NCBI GenBank assembly: GCA_002793015.1
Contig: PFPK01000029.1
Span: forward strand, 1 to 41,258
Reading direction: 5' to 3'
Length of the DNA: 41,258 nt
DNA from: Candidatus Magasanikbacteria bacterium CG_4_10_14_0_2_um_filter_37_12
GTDB taxonomy: Bacteria > Patescibacteriota > Patescibacteriia > Magasanikbacterales > UBA922
Both the position numbers and the translations under genes were made by a program. Below the pieces are notes generated by a model. The model did not search any database. It worked only from the letters and a program-made list of their open reading frames with translations, and was not told where the DNA came from. Numbering within the stretch: the stretch's first letter is position 1; each line of letters begins with the position of its first letter. This document shows, piece by piece, positions 9,696-18,052 of the stretch.

Positions 9696-10649
9696 CTACC
9701 TTTTATTCTCTTCTGTGTCTTCCAAAAACAATATGTATATCAAATCTTCTTCATTCTTCCCTGCCAAAATACGGACAGACAAATTGATAACCTTAGTACC
9801 GCCGGTACTCATCGACCAAACAAACTCCCTCCGATCACATTTTGTAGACAGCACTTTAAAATCTTTTTTCAACTGTTTTTTAGAAATCTTCAAATTTGTT
9901 GTTAATAAAGTGGCTGGTTTAGAAAAAGAAAAATCAATTTTTGCCGCAGGGTTACCTCCAAGAATCACAAAATTATTATCAACTATCAGTACGCCAATTG
10001 GTACCTCTTGAACAATTTTTTCATGCATTGTACTTGAAAGTTCACTATTCTGCGTCTGCCTAAACAGCAAAACATGAGCAGAAGAAGAAGAAAATACAGT
10101 AAAAATAAAAAGTAAAGAATAAAGAACGGCGTACATCATTACTACCAGAGAAGGCTGATAAAGAAGACTCGTGTCTTTATAGTAAAGTAATGAATATTCT
10201 TGTAAAAGACCACTTGCACTAAGGCCATACATAAAAACCAGCCCCCACACAGCCAGAACAACCAGTGCAAGGGCATACTTATACCCATAGAGCTGTGAAA
10301 TAATAATAATTAGGATGACATAGAGAATAATAAAAGGACTCTGAAACATGCCTGTGGACCATACTAATATTGTGGTCAAAATAGCGAGTGTATAAAAAAT
10401 AAAAAGAGAAATTTTTGGTGCACCATCTTTAGAAAACAACAAAGCCAAATAGCTAAATGCCAAAACACCGGCCATTACCAATAAAATGTATTGAGCTAAT
10501 AAAGTATCAATTTGAAAAGCACTTTGCAAAAAAAATAACAAACCAAAAAATACCAAAAACACACCAATCCCAAACCAGTGAATTATTTTGATCTTCGTCC
10601 TTATGTAGCGATCCTCTAGTGTGCTAAGCATAAGAGAAATAAATAACAA
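9696..10649 (-). CDS. Multi-pass membrane protein with a C-terminal PAS-like domain and no output domain
   Basis: 317 aa. About 6 hydrophobic helices fill the first ~200 aa. A cytoplasmic segment follows (VPIGVLIVDNNFVILGGNPAAKIDF...) with the look of a PAS sensor fold. No HisKA/HATPase, GGDEF or other output domain. The ORF-track start is TTG (10649); an in-frame ATG is at 10631. Confidence 0.6.
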   Translation of the reverse strand: MLFISLMLSTLEDRYIRTKIKIIHWFGIGVFLVFFGLLFFLQSAFQIDTLLAQYILLVMAGVLAFSYLALLFSKDGAPKISLFIFYTLAILTTILVWSTGMFQSPFIILYVILIIIISQLYGYKYALALVVLAVWGLVFMYGLSASGLLQEYSLLYYKDTSLLYQPSLVVMMYAVLYSLLFIFTVFSSSSAHVLLFRQTQNSELSSTMHEKIVQEVPIGVLIVDNNFVILGGNPAAKIDFSFSKPATLLTTNLKISKKQLKKDFKVLSTKCDRREFVWSMSTGGTKVINLSVRILAGKNEEDLIYILFLEDTEENKR

Positions 10650-10703
10650 GTAACACTTTAAACTGATAGTAAGTTATACTTATTTTTCATCTAGGATAAA
10701 CTA

Positions 10704-10797
10704 AGAAATATACTTATATTTGTCAGCAATTGTGTATCAAAGCAAGTTTTTTCTGCCCACCGAAGTGGTGGGGCGACTAAAATATAAGTATATTTCT
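10704..10797. repeat. 18-bp perfect inverted repeat enclosing a GC hairpin, in an intergenic region
   Basis: AGAAATATACTTATATTT (10704-10721) is the exact reverse complement of AAATATAAGTATATTTCT (10780-10797). The 58-nt spacer contains CCCACC-GAAGT-GGTGGG. More ACTTAT/ATAAGT copies flank it (about 10674 and 10822). Confidence 0.8.
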
Positions 10798-10859
10798 AGG
10801 GCGTAAAAGGAAAACTTGAGTATAAGTTCATTTATTATTTAATAATATCATTAAAATCT

Positions 10860-12212
10860 TTAAAAATCAACACATTCACCATATTCTGGAACAAACGTTT
10901 TCAGCCCCAAATTATCACGAAGTTTATGGGCTAGGACAGTGGCAGAATTAGGTTCGCCATGAACACAATATACTTTTTGAGGAATTTTTTTAGCGCCACC
11001 AATCCAGCTAATTATCTTCTTCTGATCACCATGAGCAGACAATGCCCCAATGGCTTTGATCGTGCAATGCACCTCGATATCTTGTCTCATTACTTTTACT
11101 TGTTTTGTTCCTTCATACAGCTTTCTCCCAAGTGTGCCTTTAGCCTGATAGCCAACAATAATTAATGTAGAATTAGGATCAGAAAGATAACGAAGCAGGT
11201 GATGCAAAATTCTTCCACCATTCATCATCCCAGCACCAGCAATTACCATTTTTGGCCCTGCGATGCTATTGATCTGCTTTGACTCTTCGACGGTATGCGT
11301 AATGGTAAGTTGTGGAAAATCAAAAAAATCATCACCTTTCATATACTTTTTGGTTGCTTCGACGTCATAATATTCTGGATACTTTTTATAAGTCGGTAAA
11401 GCATCAATAGCCATTGGGCTATCGAGAAAAATCGGAAACTTCGGTAAAGTCTTATCTTCTGCGATCATCTCGTTCAAATCATACAAAAATTCTTGAGTCC
11501 TCTCCAATGAAAAAGCAGGCACCATAATAGTACCGCCACGCACATAAGCCTCTTTGAGTAAACGTAAGATAATATCTTTCCTTTCTTCGGATGTTTCATG
11601 AATTCTATCCCCATAAGTAGACTCGCAAATGAGTAAATCTACCTCTCCCAACTGTTCAGTCTCCCGTAAAATAGGCACATTTATGTTGCCAATGTCTCCA
11701 GAAAATGCTATCACCTTCCCCTCACAACTAAGTTCAATAAAAGATGCTCCAAAAATATGACCAGCATCTTTAAAGACTGCGCTAACGCCATCGCCTAGGT
11801 CAATTTTCTTTCCATAATCCAAACCATGGCATTTCTCTCCTGCCAAAAGTACATCTTTTTCAGAATACAAAATAGGCGCCTGATATTTGCGATTGTTATA
11901 AACCATAATACGTTGAGCGTCCGCCCAAACTATTTGGGCTAGCTCACAAGTTGCTTTTGTGGCGTAAATCTTCCCCTTGAACCCCTCCCGAACCAACTTA
12001 GGTATTCTCCCAGTATGATCCAGATGGGCATGGCTAACCAAAACTACATCAATACTCTTTGGATCAAATAGAAAATCCTCATGATTCTTACCCTCATTGT
12101 AGTCGCCACCCTGAAACATTCCACAATCAAATAAAATTTTCTTACTGCCAGTCTCTATAAGATGACAAGACCCAGTAACTTCGTGAGCTGCCCCCAAAAA
12201 AGTTATTTTCAT
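10860..12212 (-). CDS. MBL-fold beta-CASP family ribonuclease (RNA-metabolising metallo-beta-lactamase)
   Basis: 450 aa. The N-terminus MKITFLGAAHEVTGSCHL and the HAHLDHTG zinc motif match, and the length and layout are typical of bacterial CPSF/RNase J-like beta-CASP proteins. Confidence 0.85.
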   Translation of the reverse strand: MKITFLGAAHEVTGSCHLIETGSKKILFDCGMFQGGDYNEGKNHEDFLFDPKSIDVVLVSHAHLDHTGRIPKLVREGFKGKIYATKATCELAQIVWADAQRIMVYNNRKYQAPILYSEKDVLLAGEKCHGLDYGKKIDLGDGVSAVFKDAGHIFGASFIELSCEGKVIAFSGDIGNINVPILRETEQLGEVDLLICESTYGDRIHETSEERKDIILRLLKEAYVRGGTIMVPAFSLERTQEFLYDLNEMIAEDKTLPKFPIFLDSPMAIDALPTYKKYPEYYDVEATKKYMKGDDFFDFPQLTITHTVEESKQINSIAGPKMVIAGAGMMNGGRILHHLLRYLSDPNSTLIIVGYQAKGTLGRKLYEGTKQVKVMRQDIEVHCTIKAIGALSAHGDQKKIISWIGGAKKIPQKVYCVHGEPNSATVLAHKLRDNLGLKTFVPEYGECVDF

Positions 12213-12325
12213 AAAAAATTTTTAATATTAATATTAATATCTATTATAACAAAAAACCTTCCATTAGCCAATTCTCCTCAAAAAGCAACACTCAAAAAGC
12301 AAATATGTACAAAAATATCCAATTT

Positions 12326-12334
12326 TGTTATAAT
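12326..12334 (+). promoter_or_regulatory. Extended -10 promoter element (TGTTATAAT)
   Basis: TG-n-TATAAT at 12326-12334, with TATAAT ending 14 nt before the ATG at 12349. This implies a very short or absent 5' UTR. Confidence 0.4.
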
Positions 12335-12348
12335 ATTGTCAAATACAT

Positions 12349-13020
12349 ATGCGTAGAAATATTGACAACATAGAAATAAAAGAACCGCCCCTAGAGGAAA
12401 TAAAGAAGAAAAAATCATGTCTCAAGCGTAGCTGCACATCCAGTCTTGGTTGTTTGTTTATTGTTTTGATATTATTTCTTCTTTTGGTTCAGTTTGCTGT
12501 CAAACCAAAAGTAAAAAAAGTAAAACATGTACCAGATGATTTTCCAACAGAAATACCGATCTATGATAAAGATTCCATAAAATCCATCAATTTTTTGTCT
12601 GGCGTACAGCGCGGTAAAAGCTTGGAAATTCTAGGATATATCCCAAAATTTATCCTGTCACCCATTGTCGTGGCTCTTGATTTGGATATACCTGGTCAAG
12701 AAAATTTAGTTCATCAAACTACATGGCAAGAATTCTATACTTTGATGAAAAGCCCGGTATCAGACCATAGAGATATTGTCACCGTAGAATGGCAAGAAAT
12801 CCAGGCCGAACCAGATTTTGTGGCAGATTATTACCAAACAGAATTAAAAAAAGGAAAATTTGAAATAAACTCTTGGCGTAAAACAAACAACATCACAACT
12901 TTCTCTTTTATATCAAAAGAAATTGACGGAGCAATATATATAGAAGACAACCCAAAAGAACGGGGCACAGATTCTGTCACACTTACTGTGTACTATCCTG
13001 CAAATATTGAGAAAAAATAA
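12349..13020 (+). CDS. Single-pass membrane-anchored protein, function unknown
   Basis: 223 aa. A basic N-terminus is followed by the TM helix LGCLFIVLILFLLLVQFAV and a ~170-aa extracytoplasmic domain. No family recognised. Confidence 0.55.
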   Translation: MRRNIDNIEIKEPPLEEIKKKKSCLKRSCTSSLGCLFIVLILFLLLVQFAVKPKVKKVKHVPDDFPTEIPIYDKDSIKSINFLSGVQRGKSLEILGYIPKFILSPIVVALDLDIPGQENLVHQTTWQEFYTLMKSPVSDHRDIVTVEWQEIQAEPDFVADYYQTELKKGKFEINSWRKTNNITTFSFISKEIDGAIYIEDNPKERGTDSVTLTVYYPANIEKK

Positions 13021-13084
13021 TTCACAAAAAATATTTTCCAACTTGCCAATTCGATTTATCAAAAAAAATTAAACGAGTCAAAAT

Positions 13085-14005
13085 ATGGCTATTAAAATTA
13101 TCAAACAGGGTGACCTACAATGGGTCGATATCGACCAAATAAATGATGAGGAGCTTGCTTTTTTGAAAGAAAACTACAACTTTCACCATCTTGATCTAGA
13201 AGATATCCAGAGTGAAAGCCAAACGCCAAAAATAGACGTCTATAAAAACTATTTATTTTTAGTTTTTCATTTTCCTCACTGGCAACATCTCACCAGAACT
13301 ATTATTCCACACGAAGTAGATATCTTTTTGGGAAATAATTTTCTCATCACCATCCAGCACGGCAAAAATAAAGACATGAAAAATTTTTTCTACCGTTGCA
13401 TGAGAAACAAAAAAACCAAAAAAGAATGGATGAATCAAAATTCTGGATTTTTACTTTATAAAATACTAGAATCATTATTCCACAATACCAGAGGCATCCT
13501 AAACAATATGGGGCGCCAAATATCAAAAACTGAAGATGAAATTTTTGCTGGTGGTCAAGATACCAAAATCATCAAAGAACTAGCTGTTGACAGAAGAAAT
13601 ATACTTGGATTTAGAAGGATTATTGATCCAGAGAGGTATCTTGTAGCCAACTTATCACACATCAGAAAATTGTTTCTAGATGAAAACCTTAGTCTCTATT
13701 TTGATGACATTGCAGACTATTTAAATAAATTGTGGGCAATCTTAGACACCTACAAAGATAGTATTGACGGACTTCATGTAACAGTAGAATCTCTCATCAA
13801 CCAAAAAACAAACAAAGTCATCAGTGTTTTGACAGTCATTTCAGTTTCTCTTCTTCCTCTCACACTACTCTCTGGCATATACGGAATGAATATTGACAAA
13901 CTGCCATTCGCCCATAATCCTTTTTTGGTATGGATGATGTTCCTAGGATTGGCGGCTTTCATTACCATCCTGATCCTGATTATGAAAAAGAAAAAGTGGC
14001 TATAA
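13085..14005 (+). CDS. corA: CorA-family magnesium/cobalt transporter
   Basis: 306 aa. Two C-terminal TM helices carry the signature YGMN (GIYGMNIDKLPF). The cytoplasmic N-domain is CorA-like. Confidence 0.9.
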   Translation: MAIKIIKQGDLQWVDIDQINDEELAFLKENYNFHHLDLEDIQSESQTPKIDVYKNYLFLVFHFPHWQHLTRTIIPHEVDIFLGNNFLITIQHGKNKDMKNFFYRCMRNKKTKKEWMNQNSGFLLYKILESLFHNTRGILNNMGRQISKTEDEIFAGGQDTKIIKELAVDRRNILGFRRIIDPERYLVANLSHIRKLFLDENLSLYFDDIADYLNKLWAILDTYKDSIDGLHVTVESLINQKTNKVISVLTVISVSLLPLTLLSGIYGMNIDKLPFAHNPFLVWMMFLGLAAFITILILIMKKKKWL

Positions 14006-14165
14006 AAGAACACTAAAACATATAAATAAAAAAATAAACTCAATTACCCCTGACCAAATCGGCTTTGACCATTACGAAGCAATAAAGATGATGATCTGAT
14101 TATCTTGTGCGTTACATAACAACAAACATGTTACGTGCCACATGATATGTGTTACATGAAATTAA

Positions 14166-15773
14166 ATGATCAAAGAAATATTTTCTAATAAAACAAAATC
14201 AATCACTGGTGCCGCCATCATTCTTGGGGCGGCATCTTTTTTGAGTCGCCTAATTGGCATTGTCCGTGATCGTATTTTTGTCCATCAGTTTGGAGCTGGT
14301 GATGTTCTTGATGCCTACTACGCCGCCTTTCGCATTCCAGATTTGGTATACAATCTACTTATTGTTGGTGCTCTATCAGCTGGTTTCATCCCTATTTTCA
14401 TGGATCTATTGATAAAAGATAAAGAACAAGCATGGCGGGTAACCAATAGCATCTTAAATATTCTATCTGTGTTGTCATTATTTTTTTGTTCGATATTATT
14501 TGTCTTCACCCCACAGATCATGAGTTGGATAGTGCCAGGTTTTTCTGGAGAAAAAATGCTAACCACTATTCTACTGACCCGCATTATGTTTATAAGTCCG
14601 ATCATACTTGGAGTAAGCAGTGTGATCAGTGGCGTACTACAATCCTTCAAATCATTTTTCATCTACAGCCTAACTCCGATCATGTACAATACTGGCATTA
14701 TCATTGGGGCTGTTTTTTTCGTTCCAATATTCGGCGTGCCTGGCTTGGCTTACGGAGTTGTGCTTGGAACCTTGCTTCATATTCTGATCCAAATTCCTAC
14801 TTTGTACAAACACGGATTCAAATACCAGCCATTGTTTGAATACAAAAATATTTTTGTAAAAAAAATTGGCAAATTAATGATCCCCCGTACCTTAGGTATG
14901 GCGACTGGTCAATTTAATCTCCTAGCTATTACTGTTATAGCTTCTACTCTCGGAGCAGGAAGCATTGCAATTTTTAATCTAGCCAACAATCTACAGTACT
15001 TCCCTATCGGCATTATCGGCATTTCTTTTGCTGTTGCCGCCTTTCCAACTCTGTCACAATTGGTCAGCAAAGGGTGCACAGATGAAATGGTCGTTCACCT
15101 TTCCAAAACTATCAGACAAATATTATTCTTCATCATCCCATTCACTATTTCATTTATCCTACTGCGAGCACAGATAGTCAGGATAATACTTGGAACTGGT
15201 GAATTTGGATGGAAAGCCACCATCCTTACAGCCGACGCCCTGGCTCTTTTTGCCATTTCACTTTTTGCACAATGTATTATTCCCCTCTTGGCGAGAGGCT
15301 TCTATGCGTTGAAAGACACTTGGACACCTTTTCTAATTGGTCTGGTAGGGGCTCTACTTAATATTATTTTAGCAATTTATTTCAAAGAATTTCTAGGCGT
15401 GCTTGGTCTTGCACTTGCCTTCTCTATTGCCATGATAGTTCAGATGGCTTTACTCTGGATTGCTCTTCGTCACAAAGTTGGCTCTCTCCAAGAATCCAAA
15501 GTCATTTTTTCACTATTCAAAATATCCATTGCTGGCCTAATTATGGCCATTGCCATCCAATTTTCCAAAGCCCCTATTGCCAATTTAGTAGATATGGAAA
15601 AATTTTGGGGTATCTTGATTCAAGGGGTTGTTTCTGGTACGATAGGATTCTTAATCTATGTCTTAGTCTGTTACTGGCTTAAGTTGGAAGAAATCTTAAT
15701 TTTTAAAGACAGTTTGCAGAAAAAATGGCTAAAGCTCACTTCCTACCAAGGAGAAATAAGAGATATAGAATAA
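14166..15773 (+). CDS. murJ: Lipid II flippase MurJ (MviN family)
   Basis: 535 aa and polytopic. The N-terminus (SRLIGIVRDRIFVHQFGAGDVLDAYYAAFRIPDLVYNLLIVGALSAGFIP) is characteristic of MurJ/MviN. Confidence 0.9.
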   Translation: MIKEIFSNKTKSITGAAIILGAASFLSRLIGIVRDRIFVHQFGAGDVLDAYYAAFRIPDLVYNLLIVGALSAGFIPIFMDLLIKDKEQAWRVTNSILNILSVLSLFFCSILFVFTPQIMSWIVPGFSGEKMLTTILLTRIMFISPIILGVSSVISGVLQSFKSFFIYSLTPIMYNTGIIIGAVFFVPIFGVPGLAYGVVLGTLLHILIQIPTLYKHGFKYQPLFEYKNIFVKKIGKLMIPRTLGMATGQFNLLAITVIASTLGAGSIAIFNLANNLQYFPIGIIGISFAVAAFPTLSQLVSKGCTDEMVVHLSKTIRQILFFIIPFTISFILLRAQIVRIILGTGEFGWKATILTADALALFAISLFAQCIIPLLARGFYALKDTWTPFLIGLVGALLNIILAIYFKEFLGVLGLALAFSIAMIVQMALLWIALRHKVGSLQESKVIFSLFKISIAGLIMAIAIQFSKAPIANLVDMEKFWGILIQGVVSGTIGFLIYVLVCYWLKLEEILIFKDSLQKKWLKLTSYQGEIRDIE

Positions 15774-15808
15774 CAAATTGCCGACAAAACTAGGATAACA
15801 AAATTATG

Positions 15809-15851
15809 AACCTTTGCTTCCTTTAAAACCTTTGTTACATCCAGAACCTTT
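15809..15851 (+). repeat. AACCTTT heptamer repeated three times at an exact 18-nt spacing, just upstream of lepA
   Basis: AACCTTT starts at 15809, 15827 and 15845. The last copy ends 5 nt before the lepA ATG (15857). Confidence 0.75.
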
Positions 15852-15856
15852 CCACT

Positions 15857-17644
15857 ATGAATAACATTCGCAACTTCTGCATCATTGCTCATATTGACCA
15901 TGGCAAATCCACTCTAGCGGATCGTTTTTTGGAATTAACTGGAACAATAGAAAAAAGAAAAATGTCAAAACAAGTCCTTGATACCATGGAACTAGAGCAA
16001 GAGCGAGGTATTACTATCAAATTACAGCCTGTCAGGATGAATTATAAAAATCATATTTTGAACTTGATTGATACACCTGGGCACGTGGACTTTACTTACG
16101 AAGTTTCTCGCTCACTCGCTGCTGTTGAAGGGGCTATTTTACTTGTCGATGCCAGCCAAGGTGTTCAAGCACAGACCATTGCCAATCTCTATCTTGCCCT
16201 TGACCAAGATTTGACTATCATCCCAGTACTCAATAAGATTGACTTACCAAATGCTGATGTAGAAAAATCTAGTGCAGAAATCATCCATTTGCTTGGCTGT
16301 AAAAAAGAAGACATCCTCACCTGTTCTGGCAAAACTGGTGAAGGTGTAGAAAATGTACTCCAAGCTGTAATGGATCATGTTCCCTCACCAGTAGACACCT
16401 CTACCAATCCCACCAGAGCTCTAATATTTGATTCTTTTTATGATGACTACCGCGGTGTGGTAGCGGCAGTCAGAGTGATTGATGGTTCATTGACAAAAAG
16501 AGAAAAGGCTAAATTCATGAGTACCAAGGCAGAAGCCGAAATTCTCGACATTGGCCACTACGCTCCACAAATGGTCTCCGACAACATGCTTGCCAATGGC
16601 CAAATTGGCTTTGTCGTAACAGGGCTAAAAGAACTTGGCGATGTTCGAGTTGGTGACACCATTACTTTAAACAAAAATTCAGCTTCAACGCCATTGCCAG
16701 GATATAAAGAAGTCAAACCGATGGTTTATGCCGGTATCTTTCCCCAAGAAGGCGACGATTACTCGGCTCTTCGTGAAGCAGTGGACAAATTAAAACTGAG
16801 TGACTCTGCCCTCTTCTACGAGCCAGAACATTCTCAAGCTCTTGGTTTTGGATTCCGCTGTGGTTTTTTGGGTATGCTTCACTTAGAAATTTTTCAAGAA
16901 AGATTGAAACGCGAATTTGGATTGTATATCATTGCTACTGTCCCCAGTGTTGCTTATCATATTTATCAAACTAATGGTGAAAAACTAATAGTAAAAAGCC
17001 CTCAAGATCTCCCAGAGGTACAACAAACTGAACGAGCTGAAGAACCATGGATGGAAGTAGATATCATTACTCCAGAAAATTATATCGGCAATATCATGGG
17101 TCTAATATCTGAACGTAAAGGAATCTATCAAAATACAGAATATCTAAGCACAGGATCAGGCCATAGAGCGATTATTCATTATCAGATTCCACTGGCTTCA
17201 CTCATCACTGACTTTTATGATAAATTAAAAACTGTAACAAGTGGCTATGGCTCCATGAACTACGAATTCAAAGAGTATAGGAAAACTGATGTTGTTAAGT
17301 TAGATATTCTCATTGCTGAGGAACAAGTCGAGGCTCTCTCCACCCTAGTCTGGCGAGACGAAGCTTTTCGAGTTGGTAAAAAGATAGTTGAATCTTTGAA
17401 AGACACTTTGCCAAAACAACAGTTTGTTGTCAAAATTCAAGCGATCATTGGTGGAAAAGTGATTGCAAGTGACAGGATCTCAGCACTCAGGAAAGATGTC
17501 ACAGCCAAACTCTATGGTGGCGACGTCACTAGAAAAAGAAAACTTCTTGAAAAACAAAAAAAAGGAAAGAAAAAAATGATGAGTATGGGGAAAGGAAAAG
17601 TAAACATCCCTACTGAAGCTTATTTGGCAGTACTAAAAAGATAA
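15857..17644 (+). CDS. lepA: Translation elongation factor 4 (LepA)
   Basis: 595 aa. IRNFCIIAHIDHGKSTLADR, DTPGHVDF and NKID GTPase motifs, plus the LepA-specific C-terminal domain. Confidence 0.97.
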   Translation: MNNIRNFCIIAHIDHGKSTLADRFLELTGTIEKRKMSKQVLDTMELEQERGITIKLQPVRMNYKNHILNLIDTPGHVDFTYEVSRSLAAVEGAILLVDASQGVQAQTIANLYLALDQDLTIIPVLNKIDLPNADVEKSSAEIIHLLGCKKEDILTCSGKTGEGVENVLQAVMDHVPSPVDTSTNPTRALIFDSFYDDYRGVVAAVRVIDGSLTKREKAKFMSTKAEAEILDIGHYAPQMVSDNMLANGQIGFVVTGLKELGDVRVGDTITLNKNSASTPLPGYKEVKPMVYAGIFPQEGDDYSALREAVDKLKLSDSALFYEPEHSQALGFGFRCGFLGMLHLEIFQERLKREFGLYIIATVPSVAYHIYQTNGEKLIVKSPQDLPEVQQTERAEEPWMEVDIITPENYIGNIMGLISERKGIYQNTEYLSTGSGHRAIIHYQIPLASLITDFYDKLKTVTSGYGSMNYEFKEYRKTDVVKLDILIAEEQVEALSTLVWRDEAFRVGKKIVESLKDTLPKQQFVVKIQAIIGGKVIASDRISALRKDVTAKLYGGDVTRKRKLLEKQKKGKKKMMSMGKGKVNIPTEAYLAVLKR

Positions 17645-17680
17645 AAAACTAATAACTAAAACCTAAAATAACTTAAGCCT

Positions 17681-17776
17681 ATGAAACATCACCGCCACAA
17701 AACACTCTGGATAATAATCAGCACCATCGCCATCATGTCCATGGTTTTCTTCCTGATTGCCCCAGCTTTTTTATAA
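17681..17776 (+). CDS. Possible 31-aa small membrane protein
   Basis: ATG...TAA ORF below the cutoff of the ORF track: MKHHRHKTLWIIISTIAIMSMVFFLIAPAFL. It has a basic N-terminus and one hydrophobic helix. No homology evidence is available. Confidence 0.35.
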   Translation: MKHHRHKTLWIIISTIAIMSMVFFLIAPAFL

Positions 17777-17791
17777 AACTAAATAAAGTTT

Positions 17792-18052
17792 ATGTCTAAA
17801 ATTGCCATAGACATTGTCATAGCCATCTGTGTCTTCATTGTTGCCACCCAACTCAAACCAATAAACTTGGAGCGAATTTATAGTATCGGCCTAGTATTTG
17901 TTGTGCTATCAATCTTCCTAGCCGATTCGTACTTGGATTTCAAAAAAAAAAGACATATAGTTACTAATACAGAAATATGCAAAAAAAATGGCAGGTCTTG
18001 TCAGACCCCCCACAATCATTTTACGAAGAACATCCTGAGCTCCCAAAGATAG
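17792..18052 (+). CDS. Possible small two-helix membrane protein; the 3' end is doubtful (A10 tract)
   Basis: 86-aa ORF. The first ~50 aa form two hydrophobic helices. After the A10 tract at 17942-17951 the frame runs 76 nt into recJ. With A9 the ORF would stop at about 17960, before recJ. Confidence 0.3.
   Translation: MSKIAIDIVIAICVFIVATQLKPINLERIYSIGLVFVVLSIFLADSYLDFKKKRHIVTNTEICKKNGRSCQTPHNHFTKNILSSQR

Noticed and set aside
12223-12240. (TAATAT)x3 tandem repeat in the divergent promoter region between the beta-CASP gene and the 12349 gene.
   Set aside because: It is an 18-nt AT-only microsatellite in an AT-rich promoter region. It probably just supplies -10-like hexamers, and there is nothing to suggest a specific function.
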